From Eledone cirrhosa (taxonomy: Eukaryota): 64,000 bases of DNA. Of this stretch, positions 37,611-50,915 are shown piece after piece; position 1 is the first letter of the stretch; every line of letters begins with the position of its first letter. Position numbers and translations under genes: made by a program. Under the pieces are notes generated by a model, which saw only the letters and a list, made by a program, of their open reading frames with translations, searched no databases and was not told where the DNA came from. The stretch covers positions 351,664,001 to 351,728,000 of the forward strand of contig OZ024741.1 in NCBI GenBank assembly GCA_964016885.1, read 5' to 3'.

Positions 37611-38094
37611 TACATTAAATCACACGGTAACACAACAATCTGGCTAGAGAACTGTTCAGCAGGAAAAGGGGAAAATTAAGGTACAGCTGCACCAATATTC
37701 AGCATCAACAAAACAATAATAACCAGAAACCCCTCAAGCCATTTTTCCTGCTAAGGCAGGGCTTAGCCTAGTAGGCCCCATGGCAAACTTCCTTTTGCCC
37801 TATCATCTGCCTGCCCCATCCCCAACTTTCATTTCCTCTTCCATCATCTTTAGCGATATCATTCTTCATCTTCCTCCATTCTCTACTTTCTTTCACATTT
37901 ATTTTCATCATTTCTCTCACCCACTTTCACCCTTCCTCAATATATGACATAACTATCTCATTTTATTTCTCTTTACAACTTGCATCATCATCATTTCATA
38001 TTCACTTTCTGTGCTGGCATGAGTTGAACAGTTTCATATTTTAGCATGGTTTCTATGGCCCTTCCTGATGCCAATCACTTTGCAGTGTGTACTT

Positions 38095-38472
38095 GGAGCA
38101 TTGTTATTGTGCCACCAGCACTACCACTTTACAGAGTGTACTGGATACATTTTATTGTGCCACCAGCACTATCACTTTATAGAGTACACTGGATATATTT
38201 TATTGTGCCACTAGCACTACTACTTTACAGAGTGTACTGGATACATTTTATTGTGCCACCAGCACTACCACTTTACAGAGTATACTGGATACATTTTATT
38301 GTGCCACCAGTACTACCACTTTACAGAGTACACTGGATACATTTTATTGTGTCACTAGCACTACTACTTTACAGAGTATACAGGATACATTTTATTGTGC
38401 CACCAACACTACCATTTTACAGAGTATACTGGATACATTTTATATTGCCACCAGCACTACCACTTTACAGAG
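38095..38472. repeat. 48-bp minisatellite, about 8 copies, inside a SINE/RTE 3' module
   Basis: Unit TTTATTGTGCCACCAGCACTACCACTTTACAGAGTGTACTGGATACAT. Confidence 0.9.
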
Positions 38473-39908
38473 GTTTGCATCTGGAAAGTTCTGTCCCATG
38501 GCAGTGTTTTGTGAAAGATCAACAGTATGGGTGCAGTTTCCCTTCTCCAGACCACCATTGCTAAATTGTAGAAGCTCAGCACCAGCCAAATGCAACTGCA
38601 CAAATGAGTCAATGAGGAGCTGCTCTGGGATTGGTCAACATGCTAGATATAGCAGTAACATGTTCTCAAATAACAACTCAATATATATTGCCATGTATAT
38701 AGAGAAATAACAAAATATATACTCATGTATATAACACCCTAGTGTTTGTACACCCAAGTATACTATGTAAAATGTTTGGCATTAGGAAGGACATTCAGCT
38801 GTAAAAACCATATCAAAACAGGAATGTATGTACATGAGATGTGGCCCCTAGCTGGTCTAAAGCAATAGTAGTTTGAATTAAGTACTGACTTGGTCTGTAA
38901 CGACCTGTCCAGTTCAAGCTAACATGGAAAAATGGACCAAAGATGATAGCAAGGAGGAAGAGAAGGAATATAATAATGATAAGTTTTGTATAAGTCACAC
39001 CTTTTCCCATAAACATATGACATGAAAAATTAGGTAACTTACCTACTGGGCCACAAAACCTGAATTCAAAATATGAGACATTGTAGATGTGTGTGTGTGC
39101 ATGTGCGCTGTATGTGTGTGTAAACTTTCTATTTAACCCTTTTGATACCAACCCCAGGTTCTATGATATAGAGCTATTTATTTTAAACATTGATATTTAT
39201 CTAAAAGCCTTCCATCATAATTTTCTGTTAGAACATTTGTTAAGTTATGCTCTGAACACCAGTTTATGCATCTAGTTGATCAGCACCACATGGCATGTTT
39301 TTATTCTGCTTCTGAACACAATAGTGGTGCCTAACTAAACACCTTACTTTCACTGTCAAACATTACTAAGCTGGCTAGCATCATTGTTTGTCTGAGGCTA
39401 GGTTTCTAGACCTGCAAGCAACACAAATGTTGCTGTGGATTCAGCCTTCACCCACTGTCATGCCATAACAGTACCAGTCAACCAGCCCCATACTATACCA
39501 TTCTTTACAAAAACATTAGGCATGACTTGGATGCTGCTGGCTTTCAATCACAAACTAAAGAGACAGCAAAAGGCATCACAATATTCCTGTTCCTATAGCA
39601 GTGGAGACTTCAAGTGTTCTTGGTCCCCAAACCACCTCCCTACTTACTGTTACTAGAGCAGAGTTGGCCACCCACATGGTCATTTTACCATGTCTCCTTC
39701 ATTATCCCCAGGGTAACACTTTCTCTATTCTGTTCACTGGGATACTAAGGCAGCTTGCCTCTGGGGTTCTGCATGCCAGAGAGCATTTTCCAGTCATATA
39801 TAATTGAGGTAGCAATGGTGTAGGTAACTGATATTTATGTTTATGCACACAATTGATAACTAAAATTAAAAGTAAATTTAAATAAGATCATTTTATATCT
39901 AATATTAT

Positions 39909-40450
39909 AATTGTTTCTACTTTTTGGCACCAGGCCAGCAATTACCCCAGTGCATTACTGGTGCTTTATTTTATCGACCCTGTAAGGATGAAAGGCAAAG
40001 CTAACCTCAGCGGGATTTGAACTCAGGACGTAAAGGGCCATGGTGTCTGATGTTCTACTGATACTGCCAATCTACCATTATAATATTGTTTTATTATAAT
40101 TGTTTCTACTTTTGGCACAAGGCCAGCAATTACCCAGTGCATTACTGGTACTTTATTTTATCGACCCCGTAAGGATGAAAGGCAAAGTTAACCTCGGCGG
40201 GATTTGAACTCAGAATGGCAAGGGCCGTAACTCTATGCATCAAAGCATGGCATCCAACCCTCTACCGATACTGCCAATTCTGGCGGTGGATTGGCAGTAT
40301 CGGTAGAGGGTCGGACGCCATGCTTTGCAGCAAAGAGTTACCTCCTGTGGAGGTTAACTTTGCCTTTCATCCTTACAGGGTCGATAAAATAAAGTACCAG
40401 TAATACACTGTGATAATTGCTGGCCTTGTGCCAAAAGTAGAAACAATTAT
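39909..40450. mobile_element. Cluster of three SINE family 1 copies (minus, minus, plus)
   Basis: The last two meet head-to-head near 40281, forming an inverted repeat with arms of about 170 bp. Confidence 0.85.
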
Positions 40451-41759
40451 AATATTGTTTTCTTCTAAGAGCTTATCAATGAGAAAGTTGGTTATATTAC
40501 TAAGTCCCTCCAAATTCTTGAACATCTTTTCTTTCTTTTTTTTTTTTTTGAAAAGCAAAGGCATTGTCTTTCATTAGAAATATGGTTAAGAAAGGAAGGC
40601 TTAACAGTGTCCCCTAAAACATCCCCTTCCCCCTTCTGTTCCCTTTTCTCATTTAATGGACAGACAGTACAGGAGGGTTTGGTGTAACTTGGGTATGATG
40701 AAAGAGAAAATAAGAGAAAAGGGGAGAGAGAAAGAAAGAGAGAGGGAGAGAGAAAGTAAGAAAGGCGGGCATTAGAAGAAGGGAGCAGTAAAGAGAATGA
40801 GAGAATAGAGGGAAATGGGAAGTAGTAGGGAAAAAGAACAAAAAACAAAGAGCAATAAAAAAAAAAGCAAAATTCTTTTTATTGAATAAATGGCCTAGAT
40901 TTTTCAAGTTGTGTGGTGGTGGTGTTGCTGATAGCAGGGATTGTTGGTGGTGATAGTAGTAGTGACTATTAAGGTGGCTATGATGGTGGTATGATACTCA
41001 CACAAACATACATGCAGATATACACACAGACACACAAATGCAGGAACAAACACACATACACACAAATGAGTCTGGGTTTAGACTTTTTGAAAATAAAAAT
41101 TGGCCCCACCCCAGCCCATATGATTGAGTGCTCCAGCATAGCTGAAATCTAGCAACTGAATCCAGTAAAAGAACATTAAAAATCAATAATTTATTGTGGC
41201 TTAAATAACTCAATGAGTTACTTAAAGATTTACATTTAAACATCACTGTTGATAAAAAATAATTGTTTCTATTTTTTTGGCACAAGGCCAGCAATTACCA
41301 GTGCATTACTGGCACTTTATTTTATCGACCTCATAAGGATGAAAGGCAAAGTTAACCTCGGCGGGATTTGAACTCAGAATGGCAAGGACTGTAACTCTAT
41401 GCGTCAAAGCATGGCGTCCGACCCTCTACTGATACTGCCAATAACTCTTTTTAGACATCACCTAGAATTTAGAATCAATATTTGTTAGCTTTTTTTCTTT
41501 TTTCTTTTCTAGCATAGACATTACTGGGAAGACTCAACAAGGAGATCCCTTAATAATTGGAGTTCGGCTGCTCTGTATTCAGACCTGGTGTGTGTATGTG
41601 TGTATGTTTGCTTCTTTGTGTTCAAAAACTTAACTGTCTTTTTTGTCAATCTTTAAATACTCTCTCCCTTATATTTGTTTCTTATTGGAGCAATCTCTCT
41701 TGTCTCCCTTTTTGAAAATTGTGATTATCACCCATCCCACCCCACAATTGCCATTGCTT

Positions 41760-42440
41760 TGGTGCCTTTCCAGTAAAGTCTATGCTAAGTGTCTAACAAA
41801 AAGATATAGGGGGACTGTCGAATCCAAGCTAGCTGATAAATAGTGTGGTTTGCGTTCTGGGCGCAGCACAGTGGACCATATATTCACACTTCGGCAGGTC
41901 TTTGGGAAATTGAGGGAGTACTGCCAAGAGGTGTATGCTTACTTCGTAGACCTTGAAAAGGTATATGAAGAAGGGAGGTGGGTGTAAAAGCCAAACTCGC
42001 TATTTTCAATTTGGTATTCATGACAATCCTTGCCTACTGTCTACTGTCGTGAATCTTGGGTAATAACTGAAAGAATATGATGGTGAATACAAGAGATTGA
42101 AATGGGATTTTTTCTGAAAGGTCTTTGGAGTAACATTACTCGACAGAGTATGTAGCTCGAATATCAAGAGTCACTCCAGGTAGAGCTGCTACTTCTCTGA
42201 ATTGAGAGCTCACAGCTCTGATACTATGGGCATGTGATTATAATGTCTCAGGAAAGAATCACTGGACAGATTATATGGGTAAAAAAAAACCCACCAGCAG
42301 GAGACCCAAAGTTAGACTCTGAGCAAGATGGTTGGATATCATCCATGAAGTTGGCAGGTCCAGCCAAATCAATTGTAGACAGTTGCTTCTGCTGGAAGGT
42401 GGGTTTGAGGACTCTGCCCTGAGTCTAAGGAGGAGGGAGG
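41760..42440 (+). mobile_element. Internally deleted copy of the 33140-34310 RTE family
   Basis: Shares long runs such as gaagggaggtgggtgtaaaagccaaactcgcta and gtcactccaggtagagctgctacttctc. Confidence 0.7.
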
Positions 42441-44086
42441 AAGTGAAGGAGAAGAATATATACCCCACCCCCTGGAAACTAAATGCAAGTTTACATTACA
42501 TATATACAACTTCTAATCATCTACTTACTAATATTATATATAATTTAGTCAAAAATATTAGTATACATCTATCCAGTATTTCATTTGGGCTATTTTCATT
42601 TAACAAAGTGGCCTATTATAATAGTGTGTTAAAACACTTCAAGGATAAAAAAAATCATCATCATCAGCATCATTTTACATATTTTTCATCTTTGTGTGGG
42701 AACCATGCCTTGCTCATACAATCTATTCTTTGGTATGGTTTCTACAGCTGGATTCCTAACACTAATCATGAATAATGGTTTCTAAATTAAGCAGATAGTC
42801 AGCAATTTTGGACAAGAAAGTTGATTAAATCGACCCAGTACTTGACAGACACTTTATTTTATTGAGCATAGAAGGACGAAAAACAATTTTCCACCTCAGT
42901 GGGATTTAAATTCAGACAACAGAGAGCTGGATAATAATAATTTATAGTATAAATAATAGAATATTATTTATGTAATAAAATTATTATAATACTCATAGAC
43001 AGCAAAATACAAAATGTAAAATTATACAACTGAACAATAAAGCTTAACAGTAAAATAATTCTTATCTATCTACATTTAATTCATTCTGTTTGTTTTAACC
43101 TCATAAAATGTCTTTTAAACAATCTGTTATTTATTACATCTAAGTATTCACAGCTAATAAACCAGTTTATAAAGATTAACATATAAGCAGTATAATTATA
43201 CTTTCAAAAATCTTGAAAGACATTTTTATACCATATTATGTAAACATTTTTAGTTTTCAAAAGTTTACCATAACCTTTTAGCATTTACATTACTCTATAT
43301 TTACTATTGTATTTTCACATAATTATCTCACAATATCGAATCTATGAGATTTTGATATTATTTATTTTGATGACAATACCTTAACATCATTATGAGTGGC
43401 TGGTTACGTCTGGTTTGAACAGAAAGAGGTAAGAGAAAGCTGACCGGATACGGCCAGTTTAAATGCTAAAGGGTTAAAATCTTCACACACACACACATAC
43501 ATGCAAGCAAGGAATAGCTTTTCTTTCAAATGCATTGAAAATATGACTGTGCTCCAGTTTGATTCTTTTTCATTAATGAGATCTCATATTTTCTGACTAG
43601 TTCTTTATACTTAGTTTGGAACAGTAGCATTCCTAAATCCGATTGTGTATTAATATTTTGAAACTGTCACAACCCCATCTTCAGAATCAGAATGGCCATG
43701 CTAGTAGAGTATTGATTACCTGCTTAGCAGTGGCCATAAAGTATTATGAGAATGATAGGAGTTTGTAAAATTTCTCTACAGTTGAAGCATGCATGTGTGG
43801 AAAAACTATGATAATGACAATGAAGATGTGTGTGTGTGTGTTTATTATATGTACAGATTAAAGTTTAAGCAAAGAATCACTGCTTTTACCCTTTTACGGG
43901 ATCTTCTGAAACTTCAGAAGATCCTGTAAAAAGGTGAAAGCTGCGATTCTGTGCTTAAACTTTAATCTTTACATATAATAAATATTTGCTCTATGGGTTT
44001 TTTATAGATATATATAATCCTTATCGAGCCCTCTTCAGATTTTAGTCTTCACATTTATTACTACTATACATATACATATATATATA

Positions 44087-44775
44087 AGGGCGGTAGATTG
44101 GCAGTATTGGTAGAAGGTCGGATGCCATGCTTTCCTTTATGGTCTGAGTTCAAATCCCGCTGAGGTTAACTTTGCCTTTCATCCTTACGGGGTCGATAAA
44201 ATAAAGTACCAGTAATGCACTGGAATAATTGCTGGTCTTGTGCCAATAGTAGAAACAACTATACATATATATATATAAAATCATCATCATCATCACCATT
44301 TTACATAAGGAATCCACAAGTCTGATAAGCTATTATTTTCTGAGTCAGGCCAGATCAATACCGATTGTACCTTGAGCTGATTGAACACGAAACGTGCATC
44401 ACATGTGAACAAATATAATGGTGTATATTGATACTTTGTTCCTGCTCATTATTATTATTACCAGAGGTTGACTTTGCCTTTCATCCTTACGGGGTTGATA
44501 AAATAAAGTACCAGTAATGCACTGGGTAATTGCTGGCCTTGTGCCTAAAGTAGAAACAATTATTATTATTACCATAGGACGGTGGATTGGCAATATTGGT
44601 AGAGGGTCGGACGCCCTGCTTTGACGCAAAGAGTTACGTCCCTTTACGATCTGAGTTCAAATTCCGCCGAAGTTAACTTTGCCTTTCATCCTTACGGGGT
44701 CGATAAAATAAAGTACCAGTAATGTACTGAGTAATTGCTGGCCTTGTGCCAAAAGTAGAAACAATTATTATTATT
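44087..44775 (+). mobile_element. Cluster of three SINE family 1 copies
   Basis: Copies at about 44087-44260, 44463-44570 (5'-truncated) and 44577-44775, the last two with (ATT)n tails. Confidence 0.85.
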
Positions 44776-45814
44776 ATGATATAAAATGTGGTTGTAGTGG
44801 TGGTGTTATCATTGGTGGCAGTGGTGGTGACAGTAGTAATGTTGGTAACAGTGGTTGCAGTAAAAGTAAAGTAAGGTAGGAAGGGGAGGTGTGGTGTATG
44901 TGCAGAGTGGTAGTGTAGTGAGATGAGGGGGGAGGGTTTGCTTACAGTAGGCACAGCTGCTATTCTGATCAATTTGACATACTGAAATGTGGTGAGGTGT
45001 GGTGTGAGGGGGGAGGAGGAGAGAAGAGAGAAATGATTTATTGACAATTTCTAATGGCCAGTACACCCTAATTAAACTTGTTTAAATATTTGTAACGTTT
45101 ACAAAATAAAAATGAAACTATTTAAAAGTATTTTTAAATTTCTACAATTATTGGAGGGAGTAACTTGACAGCATCTCCCACCCCACCCAGGTATATAAGA
45201 AGGTTGAGGTAGGTCTGGGAAGGGAACTGATTTGGGCATTATTTTTTTTACTTAGTATAATTTATTATTATTGTTGGTCTTTTATTTGCTTGTGGTAGTG
45301 AGATAAATCTAATATACCTACAAGCCACAAATATAGAGACAGACAGAGACAAACAAACATAGAGACAAACAGGCAGGCATAGACAGACACACAAATATAG
45401 ACACAGAGTGAGACAGACATATATAGAGACATACATACTGATAATCAGACAGACAAGCATACATACTGACAAGACAGGCATAGAGACAGACAGACAAGGA
45501 TAGACAGATAGAACTTAGTTCTGGTCAGGTTATCAATACTTTCTAACAACTATCATCATTATCATCATTTTACATAAGTTTTTCACACTGGCATGGGTTG
45601 GACAGATTGTCACAGTAAAAAACTAGACAGTCCAAGGGACCTCATCTTGCTCATACATTCCATAAATGGCATGGTTTATACAGTTGGATGCCATTCTAAT
45701 GCTAACCATTTTACAGAGTGTACTGGGTGCATTTTATAGTGGAACCAGCACTAACAATTTATAGTGTACAGGGTGATTTTATTGGAGCACTAGCACTAAC
45801 ATACATACATACAT

Positions 45815-46975
45815 AAAAATTCAATGAATCCTCCGTTAGCTTCAATGACTACTTCAATACAAGGTCTGTTTAGCAGTTATTGGTTATAGATGTTATCGCC
45901 GCTTTAGCGGGGTGGTAGAATCAGTGGTCGTTAGTTGCCAGTGTGGTAAGTGATAGTATCCTCGTTGGATTATCTTGTTGACATAGAGGTGAGGGAAGAT
46001 CCCTCGATCTATTTACCATCTATTTACAATATTCCTTTCGTCAGGTCGCCAATTCCAGCAGCATGGATTAAAGATGTCATGGAGACACGAGTAACATAAC
46101 AACGACCCCAACAGCAGTAATTAGAGATGGAATGTATGTTTATTTATATGGTTCAAGTTACAGATACAAAGAGGTTACAAAATGGAATGTGCCATTGCGC
46201 CGTTAAGCCGGCGAGGCTAGTGGTGCAATATCTCACTGTTACATTATGCGTGTTGCTGGCTTGAAGTTTCCGGTACAAGAGCGAGATTCTTCAAATCTTC
46301 GCGGGGAATTTCTTCCTCAGGGCGCGTAGGGATACATCCTCTTCTACTGGCGCTGATTGGCTGAACTGAGCCAAATCACGCACAGAGAATGTATGTGAGC
46401 CCGCGGAATGTAGGTCACTACATCTGAAATGTTGGCATGCCCAAATCAGATGGCCGCTATCAATACTGAACATTGTGTTGGTAATGGAGGATTTGAGAGA
46501 TTCTATAGAGTTGTGAGAGTGATGATTGACCTCTCTTTCAACTATGCCCAATATGCAATAGTCCAGGGAGTTGAGGTCTGGTGTGCTAGGAGGCCATGTG
46601 TACAGAAGAACTTATTCATGGAGATTGTCACACATCCATATGAGAGGGATCAGAATCTTGTTGGAAGACAAAGGGTTTTCCGTGGTTTACCCTGTTTATC
46701 CAGGGCTTCAAAACTGCCTCCAATACTTCTTTGTAGACAGCAGCATTAACCGTTAGCCCTGAGGAAAAAAAATCAGGAGTCATGACATCTCCCTTGTAGC
46801 TGACGATACCTAGAACTATCACAGTCATTGTTAATTTGGTGTGCATGACCGTTGGAACCTCATTTGGGTCTCAGTGTAGCCATCTACCATTCCTTTGGTT
46901 TACTTTTTGGTCAACATGAAAGTTTGTTTCATCAGAAAAGGACCAAAACATTCCAGCTTCTCAATGTTTTATCTA
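45815..46975 (-). pseudogene. Degraded maT-like Tc1/mariner transposase fragment interrupted by a solo LTR
   Basis: Minus strand encodes VLGIVSYKGDVMTPDFF...FVFQQDSDPSH...ACQHFR, which resumes as PCIEVVIEANGGFIE after the insertion. Confidence 0.75.
45869..46422 (-). mobile_element. Probable solo LTR (Gypsy-like)
   Basis: 554-bp insertion with 4-bp TSD TCTG (45865-45868 and 46423-46426). Ends T(T)TAG...CTACA; AATAAA on the minus strand near 46140. Removing it restores the transposase frame. Confidence 0.65.
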
Positions 46976-46989
46976 GTACAAATATTATT

Positions 46990-47700
46990 TCTCAGGCAAA
47001 CTCTAGGCATTGACCAGGATAAAGTGACTAATCTGTTCTAGAGGACGTTTGGCCTGGGGACTATGGATGATTTCTAGAAATCTATGACACTGCCAGTTCA
47101 AGACAAACTCTATAGGCAGAGAAGTGTTGTTAAAGGGGTCTGCATGGAACAATAAAATGGTTTTGCGTGCACTCCTCTAGTGTCCACACACTGCTGACTT
47201 GTGGAGTTTTATCAAACGGGCTGTTGTCATCTACAGGATGTATCCAGCTATCAGCTGTGAAGATCACACCACTACCTTCTTTTAGCCAAGAAGAGAAAGC
47301 AGTTTTCCTTTGTCAGATGGTTATAAAGAAAAAGGTTGTGTGGTGGGTGACTTTTTCAAGTTCTGCTTGGAAAAGAAGGTGAGGGTGGAGAGAGAAGTGA
47401 TGCCACCACCAAATTTGTTAAAAGGTATGTAAATGAAGTGGGAGGGCCTGAGTGAATGGGCCTACTCTAATCATGCACCTGTTGACTGGAAGGAATAGCA
47501 GAGAGAAGCCTATAGTACACTTGATGATTAATACCCCAGGATGGTGCTCACCCCCAATATTAGGGAGTTCTGTTGTTATTAATTTATTGTTATTTTATTA
47601 TTTGTTTTTACTGTTTACTCATTTTATGTAAATCCCCACTGTCCTTGGTTATTTGTTTTGTCCATAATGTGTTCGGCCCAGTGGCCAATAAAACAATTGT
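46990..47700 (+). mobile_element. Degraded 3' fragment of a Tx1-like element related to 24331-30134
   Basis: RTFGLGTMDDF and EEKAVFLCQMVIKKKVVWW match the ORF2 C-terminus (RTFGPGPMDNF, EAKAVFLCVIAMLKEVVWW); AATAAA near 47687. Confidence 0.72.
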
Positions 47701-47748
47701 TATTATTATTAATAAATAAATAAAGAAATAAAGAAATCATTATTATTA

Positions 47749-48452
47749 CTAGCAGAAAAACCACACTTCGGGTGGCATGTGTAGTGTGCATATTGATATT
47801 ATACACAAGTATATATGCATGTAGATATGATACAACAAATAAAATTCTAATTGACAATGTACACAAAAATTGAACGAAGACTGCGTTACACTGTCTTATG
47901 TAATCAGTAATGCAATCCATGATACATTAAAAAAAAGACAATATTATTTATAAACTGCATTAGGAGAAAATTAGTGATGGAAATATATGAATTTTTATTT
48001 AAGCGATCGCTAACCGGAAGTGTTGACATTTGAACATTTTAAAGAAGTGAATCTTAAAATAACCAACAAAATTATTCATATTTAATCAAGAATAACGAAA
48101 TTTAGTAGATAAATTATGTAATATTCATTCATTATTTATTCTAAGTAATACCGATACTGCCAGTCCACCAGGCGGTGGACTGGCAGTATCGGTAGAGGGT
48201 TGGACGCCATGCTTTGACGCATAGAGTTACGGCCCTTGCCATTCTGAGTTCAAATCCCGCCGAGGTTAACTTTGCCTTTCATCCTTACGGGGTCGATAAA
48301 GTAAAGTACCAGTAATGCACTGGCTAATTGCTGGCCTTGTGCCAAAAGTAGAAACAATTATTTATTCAAAGTAATCCAACTTATTTTACAAATGGGATAA
48401 AAATATATATTCTGGATGCAGTCCCACACTCCTTACTTTAGTATAGTTTAGA
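47749..48452 (-). mobile_element. Non-autonomous Helitron copy A, interrupted by a SINE
   Basis: Minus-strand 5' TCTAAACTATACTAAAG; 3' CCACCCGAAGTGTGG hairpin then TTTTTCTGCTAG; inserted between A and T; homologous to 49050-49504. Confidence 0.75.
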
Positions 48453-48882
48453 TGGATTGGCAGTATCAGTAGAGTGTCAGACGTTTTGCGGCATAAAGTT
48501 ACGTCCCTTTGCGCTCTAAGTTCAAATCCTGTCGAGGTTAGCTTTGCCATTAATCCTTATGGGCTCAATAAAATAAAGTACCAGTAACACATTGGGGGTG
48601 GATTTAATCGATTTTCCCCTCCCCCAAAATTGTTGGCCTTGTGCCTAAATCAGAAACCATTATTTTTAAGGGCAGTGAATTAGCAGTATCAGTAGAGCGA
48701 CGGACATACTTTGTGGCATGGAGTTACGTCCCTTTACATTTTGAGTTCAAATCCTGTCGAGGTTAGTTTTCCTTTTTATCCTAACAAGGTCGATGAAATA
48801 AAACACCAGTAATGCATTGGGGCTGATTTAATCGCCTTTCCTCCCAAAATTGTTGATCTAGTGCCTAATCAGAAACCATTAT
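48148..48882 (+). mobile_element. Cluster of three SINE family 1 copies
   Basis: Copies at about 48171-48360 (inside Helitron A), 48453-48662 and 48668-48882. Confidence 0.82.
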
Positions 48883-49049
48883 CATTTGTAGCCCCAAATT
48901 CTATGGTACTGAGTGAATTCTCTATAGTGTCCCACATCTATTTTCTCATCTCCCCATTAATTTTTCTACTATTTGAAACCAACCTCCACCTACTATAGCC
49001 CTATTTGCTGCTTTTCAGTAATAAATAAATAAAGTAAAACGAAAATGAA

Positions 49050-49504
49050 TCTAAACTATAATAAAGTAAGAAGCGCGGGACTGCGTACAGTTTATAATTT
49101 TTTATCCCCTTAGTAAAATAAGTTGGATTTGAATGAATATTACATAATTTATCTACTAAATTTCGTGGCTGTTCATTAAATATATTTTATTACTTATTTA
49201 AAGATTCACTTCTTAAAAATTTCAAACTTCCGGTTAGCGATCGTTTAAATAAATATTCATATATCTCTGTCACTAATTTTCTCCTAATGCAGTTTATATA
49301 TAATATCGTCTTATTTTAATGTATCATGGATTACGTTACTGATTACATAAGACAGTGTAACACAGTCTTCGTTCAATTTCTGTGTATATTGTCAATTACG
49401 ATTTTATTTGATCATATCTACATGCATATATACTTGCGTATAATATCAATATACACACTACAGAAGCTAGCAGTAAACCACCCAAAGGGTAGTTTTTCTG
49501 CTAG
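49050..49504 (+). mobile_element. Non-autonomous Helitron copy B
   Basis: Starts a|TCTAAACTATAATAAAG; ends ACCACCCAAAGGGTAGT hairpin then TTTTCTGCTAG|t; 455 bp. Confidence 0.78.
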
Positions 49505-50384
49505 TAAATTTAATAAATGAACAAGAATTATAAGGGTGAAATACTGAGTTATCTCCCATGAACGATGGCACTTTCATCTACCTTTCCACCAACCCCACCT
49601 ACCCACACCTGCAAACCTACAGCCTATCTACCTACAAACTTACTTTTCTACCCACATACAAAGCTACCTTTCCACCTAACTAACAATCTGTTTATGACTT
49701 GAAGGGATAGGAACTCCCTATAAGGATGGATTGGAATTGAGCAAGGACCTTTTGGAATGCATCTATGCTCAGTAAAATAAATGAGTCTTTAATTCTTTCT
49801 CTAATGAAATGCACTGTATTTCAATTATTTAATGAAGAATTTGAAGGTATTTACCAAACTTATTAATTATTTCATTATTAAAATTGTATTTACAACAAAA
49901 GGTGCTTATAGACAATTAGCTGGGAGGTTTAGTTTCATTGAACTGGAGCTGAATTTGGGATGGTATTAAAAAGTTTAATTTAAAAATGGTATGCAATGGT
50001 ATGTATAAAATGCACCCAATATAAGTGGTAGTGCTGGTGCTCCAATAAAATGCACCCAGTACACACTCTAAAGTGGTAGTACTGGTGCCATGATAAAATG
50101 CACCCAATGCAAACTGTAAAGTGGTAGTGCTGGTGCCACAATAAAATGCACCTATAACATTCTGTGAAGTGGTTGGCATTAGTAGGAGCATCCGGCTGTA
50201 GAAACCATGCCAACCAACTAGATACTATTACTGCCACTTTATATTATCCACTACTCTCATAATAATAATAATTGTCTTTGATTTAGGCACAAAGCCAACA
50301 ATTTGGGGGAAGGAAAAAGTCGATTAAATCGACCCCAGTGAGTTACTGGTACTTCATTTTATTGACCCTGTAAGGATGAAAGGC

Positions 50385-50915
50385 AACAATGATGTTAGCA
50401 TTCAATGGGACATGCCAAAACAGACACATAAAGAACTCAAAGCAAACAGGCCAGACATCATAATTAAAAACAACAAGAATAACACATGTATGGTGATTGA
50501 TATAGCAATACCATCAGTCTGTAAACCACCAGTTAAGTTTGTGGCAAAAACTGTCTAAATATAAAGAACTTGAGATTGAAATCTTCAGACTGTGACAACC
50601 CAAACAATACCAGTGGTGATTGAAGACTTAGGTTAACAAAAAAGGAACTGGAAAAATTTACCAACAAAATCACAGGAAACATCATCCTACAAGAACTCCA
50701 ACAAACAACCCTCCAAAGAACATCATATATCATATATACCTAGGAGGGTGTTGTCCTCAAACCCTCCTAGGAACAGCACATATATCATAGAAGGTGCTGC
50801 CCTCAATGTAACAACATATATATTATATGACGTCAGGACCATGGTTTGGATCTAGTGATATAAGATTAAAACAGACTCAAAGACCTAATAATAATAATAA
50901 TGATAATAATAATAA
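50385..50915 (+). mobile_element. R4/Dong-like 3' end with restriction-like endonuclease remnant
   Basis: WDMPKQTHKELKANRPDIIIKNNKNNTCMVIDIAIP, KYKELEIE, PVVI; ends in (TAA)n at about 50886-50915. Confidence 0.75.

Noticed and set aside
38046-38564. 172-aa ORF with 16-aa repeats
   Set aside because: Translation of the 48-bp minisatellite.
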